Assembly: GCF_947568905.1 (NCBI RefSeq)
Contig: NC_079168.1
Coordinates: 32,736,001 to 32,800,000, forward strand
Source: Ostrea edulis
Taxonomy: Eukaryota
Length of the DNA stretch: 64,000 bases
Direction of reading: 5' to 3'
Shown here: piece by piece, positions 1-12,435 of the stretch
Layout: every line of letters starts with the position of its first letter
How positions within the stretch are numbered: position 1 is the first letter of the stretch
The notes under the pieces: generated by a model
The model's input: only the letters and a program-made list of their open reading frames with translations
What the model was told of the DNA's origin: nothing
Database searches by the model: none
Made by a program: the position numbers and the translations under genes

Positions 1-595
1 GGAATTATTGTAAGTTAAAGTTTACCGTTTGATTCCGAGCCCGATCAAATTTTAATACTTTTTCAAAACAAACTACTAATAATCGGGATCGGGATGCCAT
101 AAATCTTCAATACATTTAATGTTTTCTGGTCAAAATATCGCTAAAATACCAAATACTTTTGACAAATATTGCACTTTTATTTTATAATCATCTTTATTTA
201 AGTGGTATACATACAAATAAACAATTGAATTGCATTAAATATTGAAATTTTACTAGCGTACTCCAAAGTACTCTAACGTACTCTGTTTAGTAGTACCCCA
301 CTTTTATCTGTAAGTTTTGAGCAACAACAGCAAATAGCAATAACAGAGTGCGATCGAGTTTGTTATTCGCAGTTAACACGCATGACACGGCGAGGTGAAA
401 ATGTAGGTACTGTTAGTTATCTTCACCTTTCATAAGGTGGTTATGGTTTTCCATACATATCTATAAATACTTGCAATGTAAATAAAGTCGCATAACATTA
501 AACTTTGTTATCAGGTTATATCGATTAATAGTACTCGTGCAAAGTATTTCTATTGACATCCCTGTACGCTTAAACTGTGATTTTCATTTTCACAG

Positions 596-610
596 AAATC
601 ACTTTTACCT
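596..610 (+). other. Putative 15-nt 5'UTR micro-exon of the 772 TRIM gene
   Basis: ttttcattttcacAG|aaatcacttttacct|GTAAGT; downstream pyrimidine tract with AG at 756-757 or 768-769 just before the ATG at 772. Confidence 0.4.
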
Positions 611-771
611 GTAAGTTTTGAGCAACAACAGCAATTAGCAATAAGTCAATGAATATCAATTTATATTGTCGATCGGGTTTATTATTCGCAGTTAACACGC
701 ATGACAGGGCGAGGTGAAAATTTAGGTACAGGTACTTTCGTTTTAATTTCATCGAAGACACATGTACAGAC

Positions 772-2694
772 ATGGCCACATCGAGTGAACGCGAGGAAGA
801 GAACTTCGGATTAAAAGTGTGCTGTATTTGTTTTGAACATTACAAGACTCCGAGATGCTTGCCGTGTTCACACTCGTTCTGTGAGGCCTGTTTATCAGCT
901 CACATCCAGTCGTCATGTTCTGATTGTAATCCTCCACTAGGATTTCCATGTCCCCTCTGTCAAGTTTTCGTCCCGGCACCCGGGAGGTTTGCTCAGTATT
1001 CGTTCAAAGACTGGGCCAGGGTCTTCCCAGAAAATAAATTCCTCGCTTCCATCGCTGTGAATGATGTCAGTTTGACATCCATTCCCTGTCATCCCTGTAA
1101 AGAAGATGGAGAAGATGCGCGGGGAACTAGCTGGTGCGTGGAGTGTTCCGATGTTCTGTGTGATGAGTGTGTTAAGTGTCACCGGAGGTCCCGCCCTTCT
1201 CGTCATCACGAGGTAGTCTCACTCACTAATATATCCGGGACGCTCTCACAGAAGTACCCAGGACTAGAGAACTGTGAGACTCACGGGGGTCGAAAAATTG
1301 AAGTGTTTTGTGAAAATCACCTCGCTCCGTGCTGTTCTCTTTGTGTTATTAAAGAACATGGCGGTTGTTCCAGCCTCTGTCACATAGAGGAAGCTGCCGA
1401 GAAACTCCTAGAAAACGATAATGTCAAGAATTTACAGGATGATGTAGAGAAATTATGTACAGCGATAGAGGGATTAATAAAAGGAGAGAGAGTTAACATC
1501 GATGAGATTGACAATACCTCTGACAGATTTACAAAAGAAATATCAGACACAACAGCGGCAATCATCCAAGCTGTTAAGAATTCAGAAGAAACACATTTGG
1601 ATGAACTTGCAAAATCGTGCAAAGAATCAAAATGCAAACTTGAAAAATCAATTAAATGTTATGAACAAAGACTACAATATCTTCGGTATTCGAAAAAAAT
1701 ATCACAGAGGAATTGTGCAAGTGTAAAAAATCCGAAAATCTGCTCTGTTTTGTCATACAGTAAAATGAGACATATTTATGAAAATTTGAAAAGATTGGAC
1801 TACACACAACTAAAAATATCTGTAAAAACTGAATTACACGACGACGTACAAAAGCTAATTAATTTACCTTGCTTAGCAGCAATCACCACGGCTGAACACC
1901 AAACCCCTGATATGCTATATATTTGGATCAAAGTAAAGAACGCTGAAGTAAAAATAGTTTCTGAATTCAAGGTTGATGGTGCCGACTTGTTCGGTGGAGT
2001 TTTCCTTCAGAATGATCAATTATTACTGGCGGATTCTTCAGGTAATAAATGTGTACTATGCAGCATGGATGGTGTTATTCTGCACATTATATCTACAGAT
2101 GGAAGTCCGTGGGGGGTTTGTGCCATTGGAGAAAATGAAGTTCTTGTTGGACTCGCTGATGACAGAAAAATATTAAAACTATCTCATTCACTTAAAAACT
2201 TACAAACCATACAAGTTGATTGTATGTGTTATGGAATATCGACATTTGGAAATACGATTGCCATAGGAACTCGTGATTCTGTTCAAACATTTGACAGTAA
2301 TTTTCAGAGGGTCAGATACTCAAATGATTTATCTTATACTGATGATGTAGCAGTCGATGATGAGGAAAGCGTCATTTACTCTAGTTACAGTACGTCGACA
2401 GTCAGAAAAGTAGACAGAAAGGGAAACATCTTATTCACTTACAGTCATGAAGAATTAAAAAAGCCATGTGGACTAACAGTAGACAGGGTGGGGAATATAT
2501 ACGTAATTGGCAAATACAGCAACAATGTCCACATATTGTCTAGGAGTGGTGAGGTCGTGAGAATTCTGAACGGAGTGGTGACGAGCCCGGAATGCATTAA
2601 CATCCAGGAGGGTGGAAACAGATTCTTTGTCGGTGAGGCAGGAGGGATAGTGAAAATATTTGAATTCAAATGGAAAAAAGAAATGAATGGTTAA
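772..2694 (+). CDS. TRIM protein (RING-Bbox1-Bbox2-coiled coil-NHL-like propeller), divergent member, intronless CDS
   Basis: 640-aa ATG ORF. C3HC4 RING (CCICFEHY..CSHSFC..C..CPLC), B-box1 (CHPC..CVECSDVLCDEC..H..H), B-box2 (CETH..FCENH..CC..C..H), heptad-rich region, then NHL-like repeats (PWGVC, CYGIS, PCGLTVDRVGNIYV). Confidence 0.93.
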   Translation: MATSSEREEENFGLKVCCICFEHYKTPRCLPCSHSFCEACLSAHIQSSCSDCNPPLGFPCPLCQVFVPAPGRFAQYSFKDWARVFPENKFLASIAVNDVSLTSIPCHPCKEDGEDARGTSWCVECSDVLCDECVKCHRRSRPSRHHEVVSLTNISGTLSQKYPGLENCETHGGRKIEVFCENHLAPCCSLCVIKEHGGCSSLCHIEEAAEKLLENDNVKNLQDDVEKLCTAIEGLIKGERVNIDEIDNTSDRFTKEISDTTAAIIQAVKNSEETHLDELAKSCKESKCKLEKSIKCYEQRLQYLRYSKKISQRNCASVKNPKICSVLSYSKMRHIYENLKRLDYTQLKISVKTELHDDVQKLINLPCLAAITTAEHQTPDMLYIWIKVKNAEVKIVSEFKVDGADLFGGVFLQNDQLLLADSSGNKCVLCSMDGVILHIISTDGSPWGVCAIGENEVLVGLADDRKILKLSHSLKNLQTIQVDCMCYGISTFGNTIAIGTRDSVQTFDSNFQRVRYSNDLSYTDDVAVDDEESVIYSSYSTSTVRKVDRKGNILFTYSHEELKKPCGLTVDRVGNIYVIGKYSNNVHILSRSGEVVRILNGVVTSPECINIQEGGNRFFVGEAGGIVKIFEFKWKKEMNG

Positions 2695-3913
2695 TTGTGA
2701 ACTCACGAGGTGTTGCCATATCCTGTATACCGTGTCCGTTACAGAAAAGTGAATATATATATAGTACTGTCTCTCATTGTGAAGCATTCTTCACCTTTAT
2801 TTCATCTGATATCTGTAAATGATTATCACGCATTAAAAAGATGTTATACAAGATTTTTTTTGTTTGATAAACTTTTGATATACTTGTAAATGTGGGAGGA
2901 TTTGAAGTATTGGGTAGTTATAAATTACCAGATTTTCATTTGTACTCACTTTAATTTTCGTCCCTTTCGGAACTGTTTGTGCCAAGTTTGGTATAAATTG
3001 CCTGATTAGTTCTCGTGATCTAAAATGTGGTAATTTTACGCCAATAATGACAGACAATGTACACGTAAATATCACCTTAGTCATCAGACTGTTTCATTGA
3101 AAGTGTCATCAAATAAAAATTCAGTGCATGCGCGTGTTTTTGGATTATTTGATTTAACCATGTCGATATATTACAGGTGTTTAGATATAACTAAAAGATA
3201 AATTTCAAAAGATTTCAATGAAAAACGCAAAAATAGGAGTTGGTCCAAAATCAGAAGTCTTAAACAGTGCACGTGTATATACGTACATACGTATGCGTCT
3301 CGGCACTATTCGTCATCCTACATCTTAGGTTCTTCTTGTTTGAACATGTTTTACTGTATAGTGCATACAAATGGATTAGATACAAGTGCCTGCAACTTAA
3401 TAATCCTCTCCAATGTACTTGAATACATTGAATATATAAATTAGAAAACTGTCATACAAACGTTTTAGAATTCAACTATATTTTTGAAAATTATATATGC
3501 TAATTCAAAACCTAAAAGAATCTCTAAGGTGGTTTTGTACAGAGGGGGAAATTCTGTTCAAATGCGTCGATTCCCATTGACAAGCAGTGAGTATATTTTG
3601 ATTATAAACCTGCAGGGCATATTTAAATTTCCTATTGTGACACGGTACTGATTATATTACCCATTGTCTATAGTTCTGACCAACTGCACTGAGAACAAAT
3701 ATTTTGGACCGCAAATAAGAAGGTTTTTATACCTGGAGTATGATCATCTAGTAAACGTGAGACAGTAACACAACAATCTTTAAACAGGTTGGGAACACTT
3801 CCCCTATAGCGAGATATTATCGCGAAAACGCGATTATCCCTCTTTAGCGAGAGTAAATATATCCCGTACAACCAAGAAAAACACTCTAGCAGTACACCTC
3901 ATCGTGTTTCATT

Positions 3914-4125
3914 CATCCGTGGCCGAGTGGTTAGAGCATCGCGCTCAAAATCACACGGCCTCTCACCTCTGTCGGCGCGGGTTCGAATCCCGCTCGCGCC
4001 GATAAGTGAGAAAATTTCCCAGTTTACTTTCGGAAGTTCGGTGGTCTCTTCCACCAATAAAAACTGAGCGCCACCAGATAACTGAAAAATTGTTGAGTGT
4101 GGCGGAAAACATTAAATCAATCAAT
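3914..4125 (+). mobile_element. tRNA-derived SINE
   Basis: A box TGGCCGAGTGG, B box GGTTCGAATCC, a body that does not close a tRNA cloverleaf, and an (atca)-like tail. Confidence 0.7.
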
Positions 4126-4145
4126 CTTCGTGTTTCACGTGAAAA

Positions 4146-4308
4146 GATATGGGTGTGTCCGGTCGACATGAGGTGCTTACTCCTCCTATGTGCCTAATCC
4201 CATCTCCGGTATATACAGGGGTCCGTGTTTGCCTTACTTTTAATTTTGTATGCCTTATACATATAGGAGTTAAGAGATCGATCACTGTTCGATTTCTTCA
4301 CCTTTGCA
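4146..4308 (+). mobile_element. 3' fragment of Penelope-like retroelement (same family as 22322-23061)
   Basis: Aligns by eye to the 3' UTR at 22900-23061 (gtccgtgtttgcc...gatcactgttcg..ttcttcacctttgca). Confidence 0.75.
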
Positions 4309-4371
4309 TTTCTTAAATTGTAACTTGAAACAGTTGCAGTAGTTTGGGCTATATAGACCGTGGGCTTCTGT

Positions 4372-4450
4372 TTTTGGATAGCTCAGTGGTTAGATCACCT
4401 GACTACTTAATACATAGTAATGCAGAGGTCCCGGGTTCGATTTTCGGTCA
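4372..4450 (+). mobile_element. tRNA-derived SINE head
   Basis: TAGCTCAGTGG A box and GGTTCGATT B box with a non-tRNA spacer. Confidence 0.55.
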
Positions 4451-4862
4451 ACCATTTTACGAGGTGACTTAGTCGACGTCAAGTTCAAGATGGCTGTCCG
4501 TCGATTTATTTTGATTTTCACTTTTACCAATTTTCTTGAATATCACAAACATCTCACACCATACAAAGAAAGACAACTTTACTATATTGCGGTCTGATAT
4601 GAAAGAAATTGTAATTTCAAAAAATGGTGTCGAAAATTACCAATTTCTGATTTGTTTACTTTTATCCATTCGCTATAAAACAGAGTTCAGGAGGGGTTAA
4701 ATATTTCTTCTGAAAATAGATGTTTTTAACTAAGAGAAAAACTCTGTTTATCATCATTGTGTTATTAGTCATTCTATTGTTATTATATAATGCTAAGAAG
4801 GTATTCATCCGATAACTAGGCTGTTCTGTATGTTTTGGTTATTGAAGGAATCTGGGAAGAAA

Positions 4863-5047
4863 TTGTTAGGCCGTTCTTAGCACACTGATTTTGACTACGG
4901 ATAACTCCGTTTACCTCATCAAGATATAGGGCTCATGGTGGGTGTGACCGGTCGACAGGGGATGCTTACTTCTCCTAGGCACTTGATCACACCTCTGGTA
5001 TATCCAGGGGTCCGTGTTTGCCCAACTTTTTATTTTGTCTTGCTTAA
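4863..5047 (+). mobile_element. 3' UTR fragment of Penelope-like retroelement, cut off at a TTAA site
   Basis: Matches 22835-23015 (gccgttc..gcacactgattttgact..cctctggtatatccagggg). Ends at ttaa|aggacacatcgc, a possible Kolobok-like left end whose partner end I could not find. Confidence 0.7.
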
Positions 5048-7590
5048 AGGACACATCGCATGTTTTTAAACTTTTTAATTTTTTCAGCAAAATTAATTCA
5101 TTTCATGCCTAAAACTACTTTACGTGTGTTTTAAATGAAACAGTTTGCGTAGTTTTCGAGTTTGAAAGCGATGAAATTCAAATCTTGCGATATGCATATT
5201 TTCTTCGATATTTTACGCGCCATTATCTGTGACGTCATATGCGACCTCGAGCGAGACGATTTGAAAACAGTTGTTAGCCATTTCATAAACAGATTAGATT
5301 TAATTGACAAACAAACAATTATCACATTAACGGCTTGTAAATAACACTGCATTAGGGTGTTTTGTGCCGTTTAAGGGTGTACTTGCTGTCCGTAGAGAGG
5401 ATTTGGACTATGTTTTCTTCAATTTTCGAAGGAAGGTGTGAGGGACAAGACGTAAATACTTTTTGTCGGCACAACGACTTAAAAAACCCTTAAACGAATT
5501 ATTTCTGAACATGTTTTGAAATCAATAGTATATAACCATGATTAAACCAAATCTAAACATGCGTATAGAATATTCAGAAACCCATGGCCGACCAGTCTCA
5601 TTTCAAATGATTTGTTGTTTTATTGTTTAAAAATAATTACTTTGATTAAACATTGATTCAGAACTCCTGGTCCAAATTATGTAACTTCGGCACATGCCCC
5701 TGGCGTGAAATTCATACGCGACTTCTGTGCGCACTGTGTATATAATATACCTACATGTATTTACGCAGATAGATATTAAAGTTTAATAAAATATTCAAGA
5801 TTTGAGAGCAATTTATTTGATTTGTATGTATAAATAATTCAAACTCAATGAATTATTCTCTTCAGTCTGAATATTATGCTATCATAATTTTGTTGTATGA
5901 TAAAATATTGGTAACAGCAATAAACCTTTATTGTATGTCCTGAGCTATAAATTTCATAAATTTGAATAGTAATTTTTTCTTCATTATTGGGACTGAAAAG
6001 TTTCAAAATGCTGAAAGAATTTAATCCCACATACACGCGCGCCTCAAAAGACTGATGCATGGAATGGGATCATACACGCATGTACTTGAGTAGTATAAAT
6101 TTATTAAACACCTAACGATAAAAATTTATAGTACACCTTTATAGCTGCATTAGGAACTGACCCAAGGACATATGGTCAAGTTCAAGGTTTTTATGTCACA
6201 CAGCTCCGACGGAAGACCTCTCGTTGCTTTGCAACGAGCTTTGCTCTAGTTTAATTATATATATATATGTCACAATGTAGGAATTCACTGTCGGTTTCGT
6301 TCTTGCTTTTACGGAACAGAAGGCTGTCATCTCAACTATGAACATTGGCGATTTACTTGATTTGTGTCTACAGTTTTTATTCAATGATGATCATGAGGAT
6401 TTGTGATAAAGTTGAAATTAATCACACATTTCGTGAAATTAAACTGGGGGATGATATTGACCTGGCCGCGGGTCTTTATCTCGTGAATTTTGATTTGAAC
6501 TTCCCCAATTTAAACAAGGAATGTTTTGAAATTGTCAGGTGGTGATCAATAATTTATTTACACAGCACAGTTTTGAGTGAATAAAGAAACTTGAACTTGA
6601 AAATTTGCAAATTATGGTTCCGCCCACTGGTGCATCTCCAGTTATTATACACCGGCTTTTTATAGAAGGAAAACACCACAGCCATGATACAAATATAAAT
6701 ACATATATCCATTTCTAGAATGGTTTTCATAGTATTGTTGCATTGATTTGTACCTAAGGATAACCCATGAAAGCTCACGTGCTTATTTCCAATGGAGAAT
6801 GAACGAATTTTCTTATTACTTGCTGGTTACTTCTAAACTGAGACATGCAGACATTGTATTTGTCTCCGATATAAATCTGCTGAAAACATTGAAAACGAAA
6901 TTAGAATCTCGTGTATGCATATACAAGTATATACTGAATTAAACAGTAAAACCATCACATACAATGAGACATCGGTCAAATGGAATATTTTCACAATGGA
7001 CTTCTCGTCATCATGTTACACGGCGAAGTGCCATAAATGAGCCAATTTTTATTTATTTTACTATATGATTAATTGAAAACAACCACTTTTCTAACTCCTT
7101 TTTATAAACTTATCAATATTCCATTATAGTAACCTTTACACCATTAACAACACTTGTAAATATCTACAGATTGTGTTTCAGTGTCTTACCCACTAAACAA
7201 CTCTTCACATATCAAATGAATGTAAGAACATTACACTCGGGGTTTTCGTTCCACTCTTACAAAAGGTTATATAAGGAAATGGAATGCTAAAAGTTGATGA
7301 TAAAGTTTCTTTTGTCATATTTCTGCAATTGTTGTTAAAAGAACTCAGAATGGTTTGAACAACCAATTTAGCTTAAAACATGAAAGTTGACTCATTTAAG
7401 GCATCAGTCCTATTGTCTGTTCATCGGTTTTGAATGACGTTTGTTTTTTGCTTTTTTTTCCCAGTAAAACCGATGTTATCCCTTGTATTTTTTCGGGTGT
7501 TTTTCTTTTTCCTTTTTTTTTTTTTTTTGGTTGTGTTTTCACCTTTGTACCATCTTCGCTAGACAAGGGTTGTCGGTCCACTCCGCTCCA

Positions 7591-7772
7591 CATAAAACCC
7601 TTGTCTAGCGAAGATGCCTAAATGTATACAATCCAAAATGTGAGTGTAAGGAACGATAACTCTGGGTAGAGACTAGCTACAGTGAATAATTGCATCGGGT
7701 TCAAAATTACAAATCAATTTCAAACAAACAACTCAACTTTCGTTTTGATTTCGTGCTAAAGCAGAGAAGGTT
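7591..7772 (+). promoter_or_regulatory. Putative core promoter, short non-coding exon 1 and ~120-nt 5'UTR intron, repeated in each paralog
   Basis: CATAAAA at 7591 (TATAAAA at 31821 in another unit), GTGAGT donor at 7640 (also 19090, 33308, 45449, 53042, 60785), pyrimidine tract tttcgttttgatttc and an AG just upstream of each ATG. Confidence 0.5.
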
Positions 7773-9638
7773 ATGGCCACTTCCACTTCAAACATCCATT
7801 GTGATTTGACGGTATGTTCTATTTGTTTGGAACATTACAAATCACCAAGGTATTTACTGTGCACACACACTTTCTGTCATCCGTGTCTACTGTCACACAT
7901 CAAGTCGTCGTGTGCGGACTGCAGTCTACCGCTCGGATTTCCATGTCCGCTGTGTAGAACATTCGTCTCCGCGCTTGGTAATGTTGCCCAGTTCACTCCA
8001 GAAGAATGGGCAGGCAGATTTCCAGAAAACCAATTGATGAGTTCCGTTGCAAATCAATGCGAGCCTTGTGACATTGGTGGAGACAACAAACCTGCTAGTG
8101 GTTGGTGCAGAGACTGCTCCGAGGCTTTGTGCGAGGAGTGTCTTCACAGTCACAAAAAATTCAAACGTTCTAGAAATCATGAAATAGTTCCTCTCACTGT
8201 AGGGGCTATTCCTTCTACTTCTACCCCATCACTGGAGATGTGCGAGGATCATGAGGGGCGAAAAATTGAAATGTTTTGTGAAATTCATCTCGCACCATGT
8301 TGTGTCCTCTGTGTTACAACAGAACACGGTAAATGTAAAAGCATTTGTTTGATAGAGGAAGCGACCGATAAAGTAATAAAACCTGGGAAAGTAAAACGCT
8401 TGCGAGATGATGTCGATCGACTTGAAGTCATGTTAGAAAAGGTTATTACTGAAGAGAAAGCCAACATCAAAGAAGTTGAAGATGTAGCCGAGAAGTTAGG
8501 AAACGAAATTTCGGGAGCAAAAGCAGCCATTATTGAAACTGTAACAAAGCTGGAGGAACAACATTTAAACGAAGTAGGAAAAGCAACCAAAGATGCTAAA
8601 GCAAAGCTTCAAAAATCAATCAACACTTTCGAACAGAGGCACTGTTATCTTCGCCATTGGAAAGAAATACTCGGGAAAAATCTATTCACTGATGGGTCAC
8701 CAAAAACAATTGTCGCATTGTCTTATACCAAAATGGAACGAATATTTCAAACTTTGAGAAAAATGGAAATGTCTCGGCTCAAAATTCGAATTCAAGCCAA
8801 GATACAAGATGACGTTAAGAAATTGATGAAGTTACCTTTGCTTGCAGAAATTACCACGAATGAACACAAAAGTCCTGTAATGCTAGATGAAATTGATATA
8901 GAAAATGCTGAAATCAAAAAGATTTCTGAATTTACAATTGATGGTGCTGATTTCAGAGGAGGGGTTTATCTCCAGAATGGGGAATTAGTACTGGCTGATT
9001 ATTCTAAGAGCAGACTCATTCACTGTAGAACAGATGGGGAGATTCTGAGAGAGGTGCCTCTACAAGGTTCTCCATGGGACATTTGTGTCAACGAAGAAAA
9101 TGATATTTATGCAACACTTCCTGCAGAAAAGAAAATTTTAGTTATAAGTATTGATACATTCAACACAACAAAAACTGTTGAAGTTGATATGGAGTGCTAT
9201 GGAATATCGCAGTCAGGCAACACTATTGCAATAGGTGGTTTAACTGTTCTAGAAGTATTAAGCGCGGATTTTCAAAAATGTAGTCGTTCAAGTGATGTAG
9301 AAAAATTGTACGATGTAGCAGTAGATATGGCGGAAAATATCATTAATTCGAGTTACACCAGACACAAAGTCTGGAAACAAGACAGAGGGGGAAATGTCTT
9401 GTTTACATACAGTGATGCAGAATTACAACGTCCATATGGATTAACAGTGGACAGGGTTGGAAATCTATATGTGAATGGTAACCTCAGCAACAATATACAC
9501 ATACTCTCACAGACCGGTAAAAAGTTAAGAATTCTGAATGACGTGAAGAAGCCACAGTGTATTAAATTCCAGAAGACGTACAGATTCTTTGTCGGTGAGG
9601 CAGGGGGACGGGTGAAAATATTTGAATTTATTGCATGA
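7773..9638 (+). CDS. TRIM (RING-Bbox-Bbox-CC-NHL-like), array member
   Basis: 621-aa ATG ORF with complete RING (CSIC..CTHTFC..C..CPLC), both B-boxes, coiled coil and propeller repeats. Confidence 0.93.
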   Translation: MATSTSNIHCDLTVCSICLEHYKSPRYLLCTHTFCHPCLLSHIKSSCADCSLPLGFPCPLCRTFVSALGNVAQFTPEEWAGRFPENQLMSSVANQCEPCDIGGDNKPASGWCRDCSEALCEECLHSHKKFKRSRNHEIVPLTVGAIPSTSTPSLEMCEDHEGRKIEMFCEIHLAPCCVLCVTTEHGKCKSICLIEEATDKVIKPGKVKRLRDDVDRLEVMLEKVITEEKANIKEVEDVAEKLGNEISGAKAAIIETVTKLEEQHLNEVGKATKDAKAKLQKSINTFEQRHCYLRHWKEILGKNLFTDGSPKTIVALSYTKMERIFQTLRKMEMSRLKIRIQAKIQDDVKKLMKLPLLAEITTNEHKSPVMLDEIDIENAEIKKISEFTIDGADFRGGVYLQNGELVLADYSKSRLIHCRTDGEILREVPLQGSPWDICVNEENDIYATLPAEKKILVISIDTFNTTKTVEVDMECYGISQSGNTIAIGGLTVLEVLSADFQKCSRSSDVEKLYDVAVDMAENIINSSYTRHKVWKQDRGGNVLFTYSDAELQRPYGLTVDRVGNLYVNGNLSNNIHILSQTGKKLRILNDVKKPQCIKFQKTYRFFVGEAGGRVKIFEFIA

Positions 9639-9892
9639 AATTGTCATCGAGTGATTGCTGAAATGAAAGTTGAAGGTCTCCTTCTGAATTTTGGTGTGAA
9701 TTCGAAAGACACAAAAACATGCATATTTTTTCTTTTTTCAATTGATCATCTGTATGTATTCATTGTAGTTTCCTAAATGATCCTATATATGGAGTATAAA
9801 ACGGAAATAAAACTATACACAGAATGTTCTTACTTTCATTCTATTGAGATGATAGAAGTTTATCGCGGAAGTACAAGTGAATATAAGGAATT

Positions 9893-10290
9893 TAGCTGCC
9901 CCCCTCCAGGAGTCACCCAGGTGACCTATTGCTATTATTCTTCGTCCGTCATCAATTGTGCGTTAAGATTTAAACAATTTGAACTTCTTCGTGATAGCTA
10001 CCCTTTCAATTCTTTTGAAATTTTGTATATGAAGCACCTTTGGTATGGGGTGGCTTAAACTTTAAATTTTCCGGTCCTACACCCTCGGGGCCCTTAGGAT
10101 CAAGGCGAAAACTGCCACAAATTGACCAATATTCACAAATCGTCTGAGTTCTCTACAACTGCACAGGTGTAAGACAAACTGCATAGTCATGCAGGGCAGG
10201 AATTCGAGGCTTCTACTAAAATTGTAAATTTCATAATCTCTGGGGTAGAGGTTCTGACTCCGGGGCAGGGCCAAGTTATATAGAACCAAC
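9893..10290. mobile_element. Helentron-like non-autonomous remnant in the TRIM 3' flank (copies ~21820, ~37030, ~47685, ~55290, ~63015)
   Basis: cacccaggtgacctattgctat...tcgtccgtc head and ctactaaaattgtaaatttcat...ggggtagaggttct body, which I recognise as resembling abundant bivalve Helentron-like repeats. Family assignment is from memory only. Confidence 0.4.
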
Positions 10291-10336
10291 TAGTATGTAC
10301 TACATCACAAGTCTAGAAATCCTTTACATCTCCCTC

Positions 10337-12237
10337 CAGGGATGGGGTAATTGAAAAATGTAATTGTAATTAGCTGTATTTTTAAAATACATTTTTATAA
10401 AGTAATTGGATGTATTTGTAAATGACTTTGCTTTTAATTACAAGTAATTGAATAAATACATTCCAAAAGAGTCAAGTATTTTCATTTACATTTTTTATTC
10501 AAACTTAAAAGTCTGATAATGATGGAATGAAAGTGTCTGATAATAATGGTGTTAAACGTTTACTGTTTGTCATGGGGTGTTTATGCAATAATTAGATGTC
10601 TATTTACTTGATGCAGCATGGCCACAGTGCCCAGAGGGCTATAGGTGAAGGGCTAATTGTGTTCAGGTGTGCATACCCAAGTACAAAGACACAAGTAGAA
10701 AAAGTACCCAAGCCAGAGTTCACTTCATTCAGATAATTTAGAATTAAACATGACTTAAAATGTACTGAATGAATTTGATGTCCCAGAAAATGCATATGGA
10801 AATGGCCTACATTTTTGCAGTTACTCCCCTTACACCGGAAGTTGAGGGCGCGCTTACGATTGCGGTCCTAAGCGTATAGTAAAGCTTACGTTACCAAATT
10901 CTATAGTATACCAAGTTTTAACAGGTTGTAGTATATCTATGACAAAAACAAGGTTTAATTTCTTTGATTTCATGGAGAAAACCTTTTAAAGTATGCACTT
11001 CGTCAAATTATTGGAGGAGGGGGTGTTATAGATGTATTTGAGAGAGAGAGAGAGAGAAGTTGACTTTATCAATAATGCCTAAAATTTCTTGACAAGTAAA
11101 TTTAAAAAAATAAATAAATAAAAATAAATAAATAATAATAATGATGATAATCCAAAGTTCAAGAAGGAAGGCGGCAAGGGTTGATCTTTCAGTTCCATTC
11201 ATTGGTTAAATTTTACATTTCCACTACCATTCACGACAATGCTGGGTTTTTTTTAAAGAGGGGGGGGGTCTATCCGACTATAGATTTATATCTGTACGTA
11301 AATATAATGTAACGATAACAGGAGGCAGACCCATTGTTGCTACAAGCCTGATGATTGTTTTTGTGCTCATTTGAGCAATTGAAGTGCAAGAAGAGGTACA
11401 AGTTGATGTACACAATATCTAATTTTCAAAAGACACACGCGAAAAAAAATATTTTAACTAAAATATTACACTAGAGATACCAATTCAAGATAATTAACAT
11501 GCGTTATTTATTGGCACCTAGTGTACATTTAGCAACAAGTAGTGTTGTTCAGTGTGAAACGATAAATTGATAATGTACATGTATGCGTTGGGGGGGGGGG
11601 TTGTGAGTGTCTGTATTGGTTGTCGAAAATATTGATAAAAATTAATAATGAAGAATTGCTGATATACTAAGGACATCATGATTCTGATCTAAAGAAATCG
11701 AGGACTAGGTAATATTTACATACTTTATTACATCATGACCATACATTGCTTGCTAGAAAACCTCACAAGGGACACATATAAATGTAATTAGTAAAATAAT
11801 TGGTTCAATTATACCATTTTTAAGTCATTATACTTCATCTTAGAAAAATGTCTTAACTGGCAATTGATTGCAATCAAAAATTGTAAATCTTCTATTTATT
11901 CCTTATATGACACCGTCAACTGAGGACCGCAATTTACTGCGCGCCCTCTGTAATCAGGGGAAAATAACTCGCATATCGTTATGAAAAATGTAGGCCATTT
12001 CAAAGACTTTCCTTTAAGCAGAATCCCTCAAAATCATAGCAGGCTTGACGGTCAAGTCTTCAAAGACATGTTGAAATAAACTTCAGTAACTGAAATGTAT
12101 TTAATTATATTCTTCAAAGTAATTTAGAGTAATTAATTACATTGGTTAAAATCAATGTAATTAAAAGTAATTGACAAAATCATCAATATAATTTAAAATA
12201 TCTAATTACATTTTTAATGTAATTGACCCCATCCCTG
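10337..12237. mobile_element. hAT-like MITE (contains a nested MITE)
   Basis: TIR CAGGGATGGGG...CCCCATCCCTG with 8-bp TSD tct(c/t)cctc. Empty site catcttcct seen in the flanks after 21588 and 62784. Confidence 0.8.
10808..11992. mobile_element. Unclassified MITE nested in the hAT-like element
   Basis: Inverted ends tacattttt/aaaaatgta plus subterminal inverted motif gagggcgcgc..attgcggtcct. Flanked by ggcc on both sides; sister units show the empty site aaatagccattt. Confidence 0.65.
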
Positions 12238-12255
12238 TCTTCCTCTGTACAAAGA

Positions 12256-12435
12256 ACCAACCATAGCAGTAACATGTACTGATCAACCAACCATAGCAGT
12301 AACACGTACTGATCAACCAACCATAGCAGTAACATGTACTGATCAACCAACCATAGCAGTAACATGTACTGATCAACTAACCATAGCAGTAACATGTACT
12401 GATCAACCAACCATAGCAGTAACATTTACTGATCA
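12256..12435. repeat. 30-bp minisatellite (aaccaaccatagcagtaacatgtactgatc), ~6 copies
   Basis: Direct tandem repeats with no spacers. Confidence 0.95.

Noticed and set aside
3914-4450. tRNA genes (also 16163, 38737/41900)
   Set aside because: A and B boxes are present but acceptor and anticodon stems do not pair; better explained as SINE heads or tRNA-derived pieces.
3060-5720. Several transposon-like fragments between the first two TRIM genes
   Set aside because: Only single ends are visible and I could not pair TIRs or TSDs, so they are not annotated.
7926-8590. Recurrent antisense ORFs inside TRIM CDSs (MISR..., MVAFPT..., MIFSS..., MFSWN...)
   Set aside because: They are shadows of the sense coding frame copied by duplication; lengths vary and there are no recognisable motifs.
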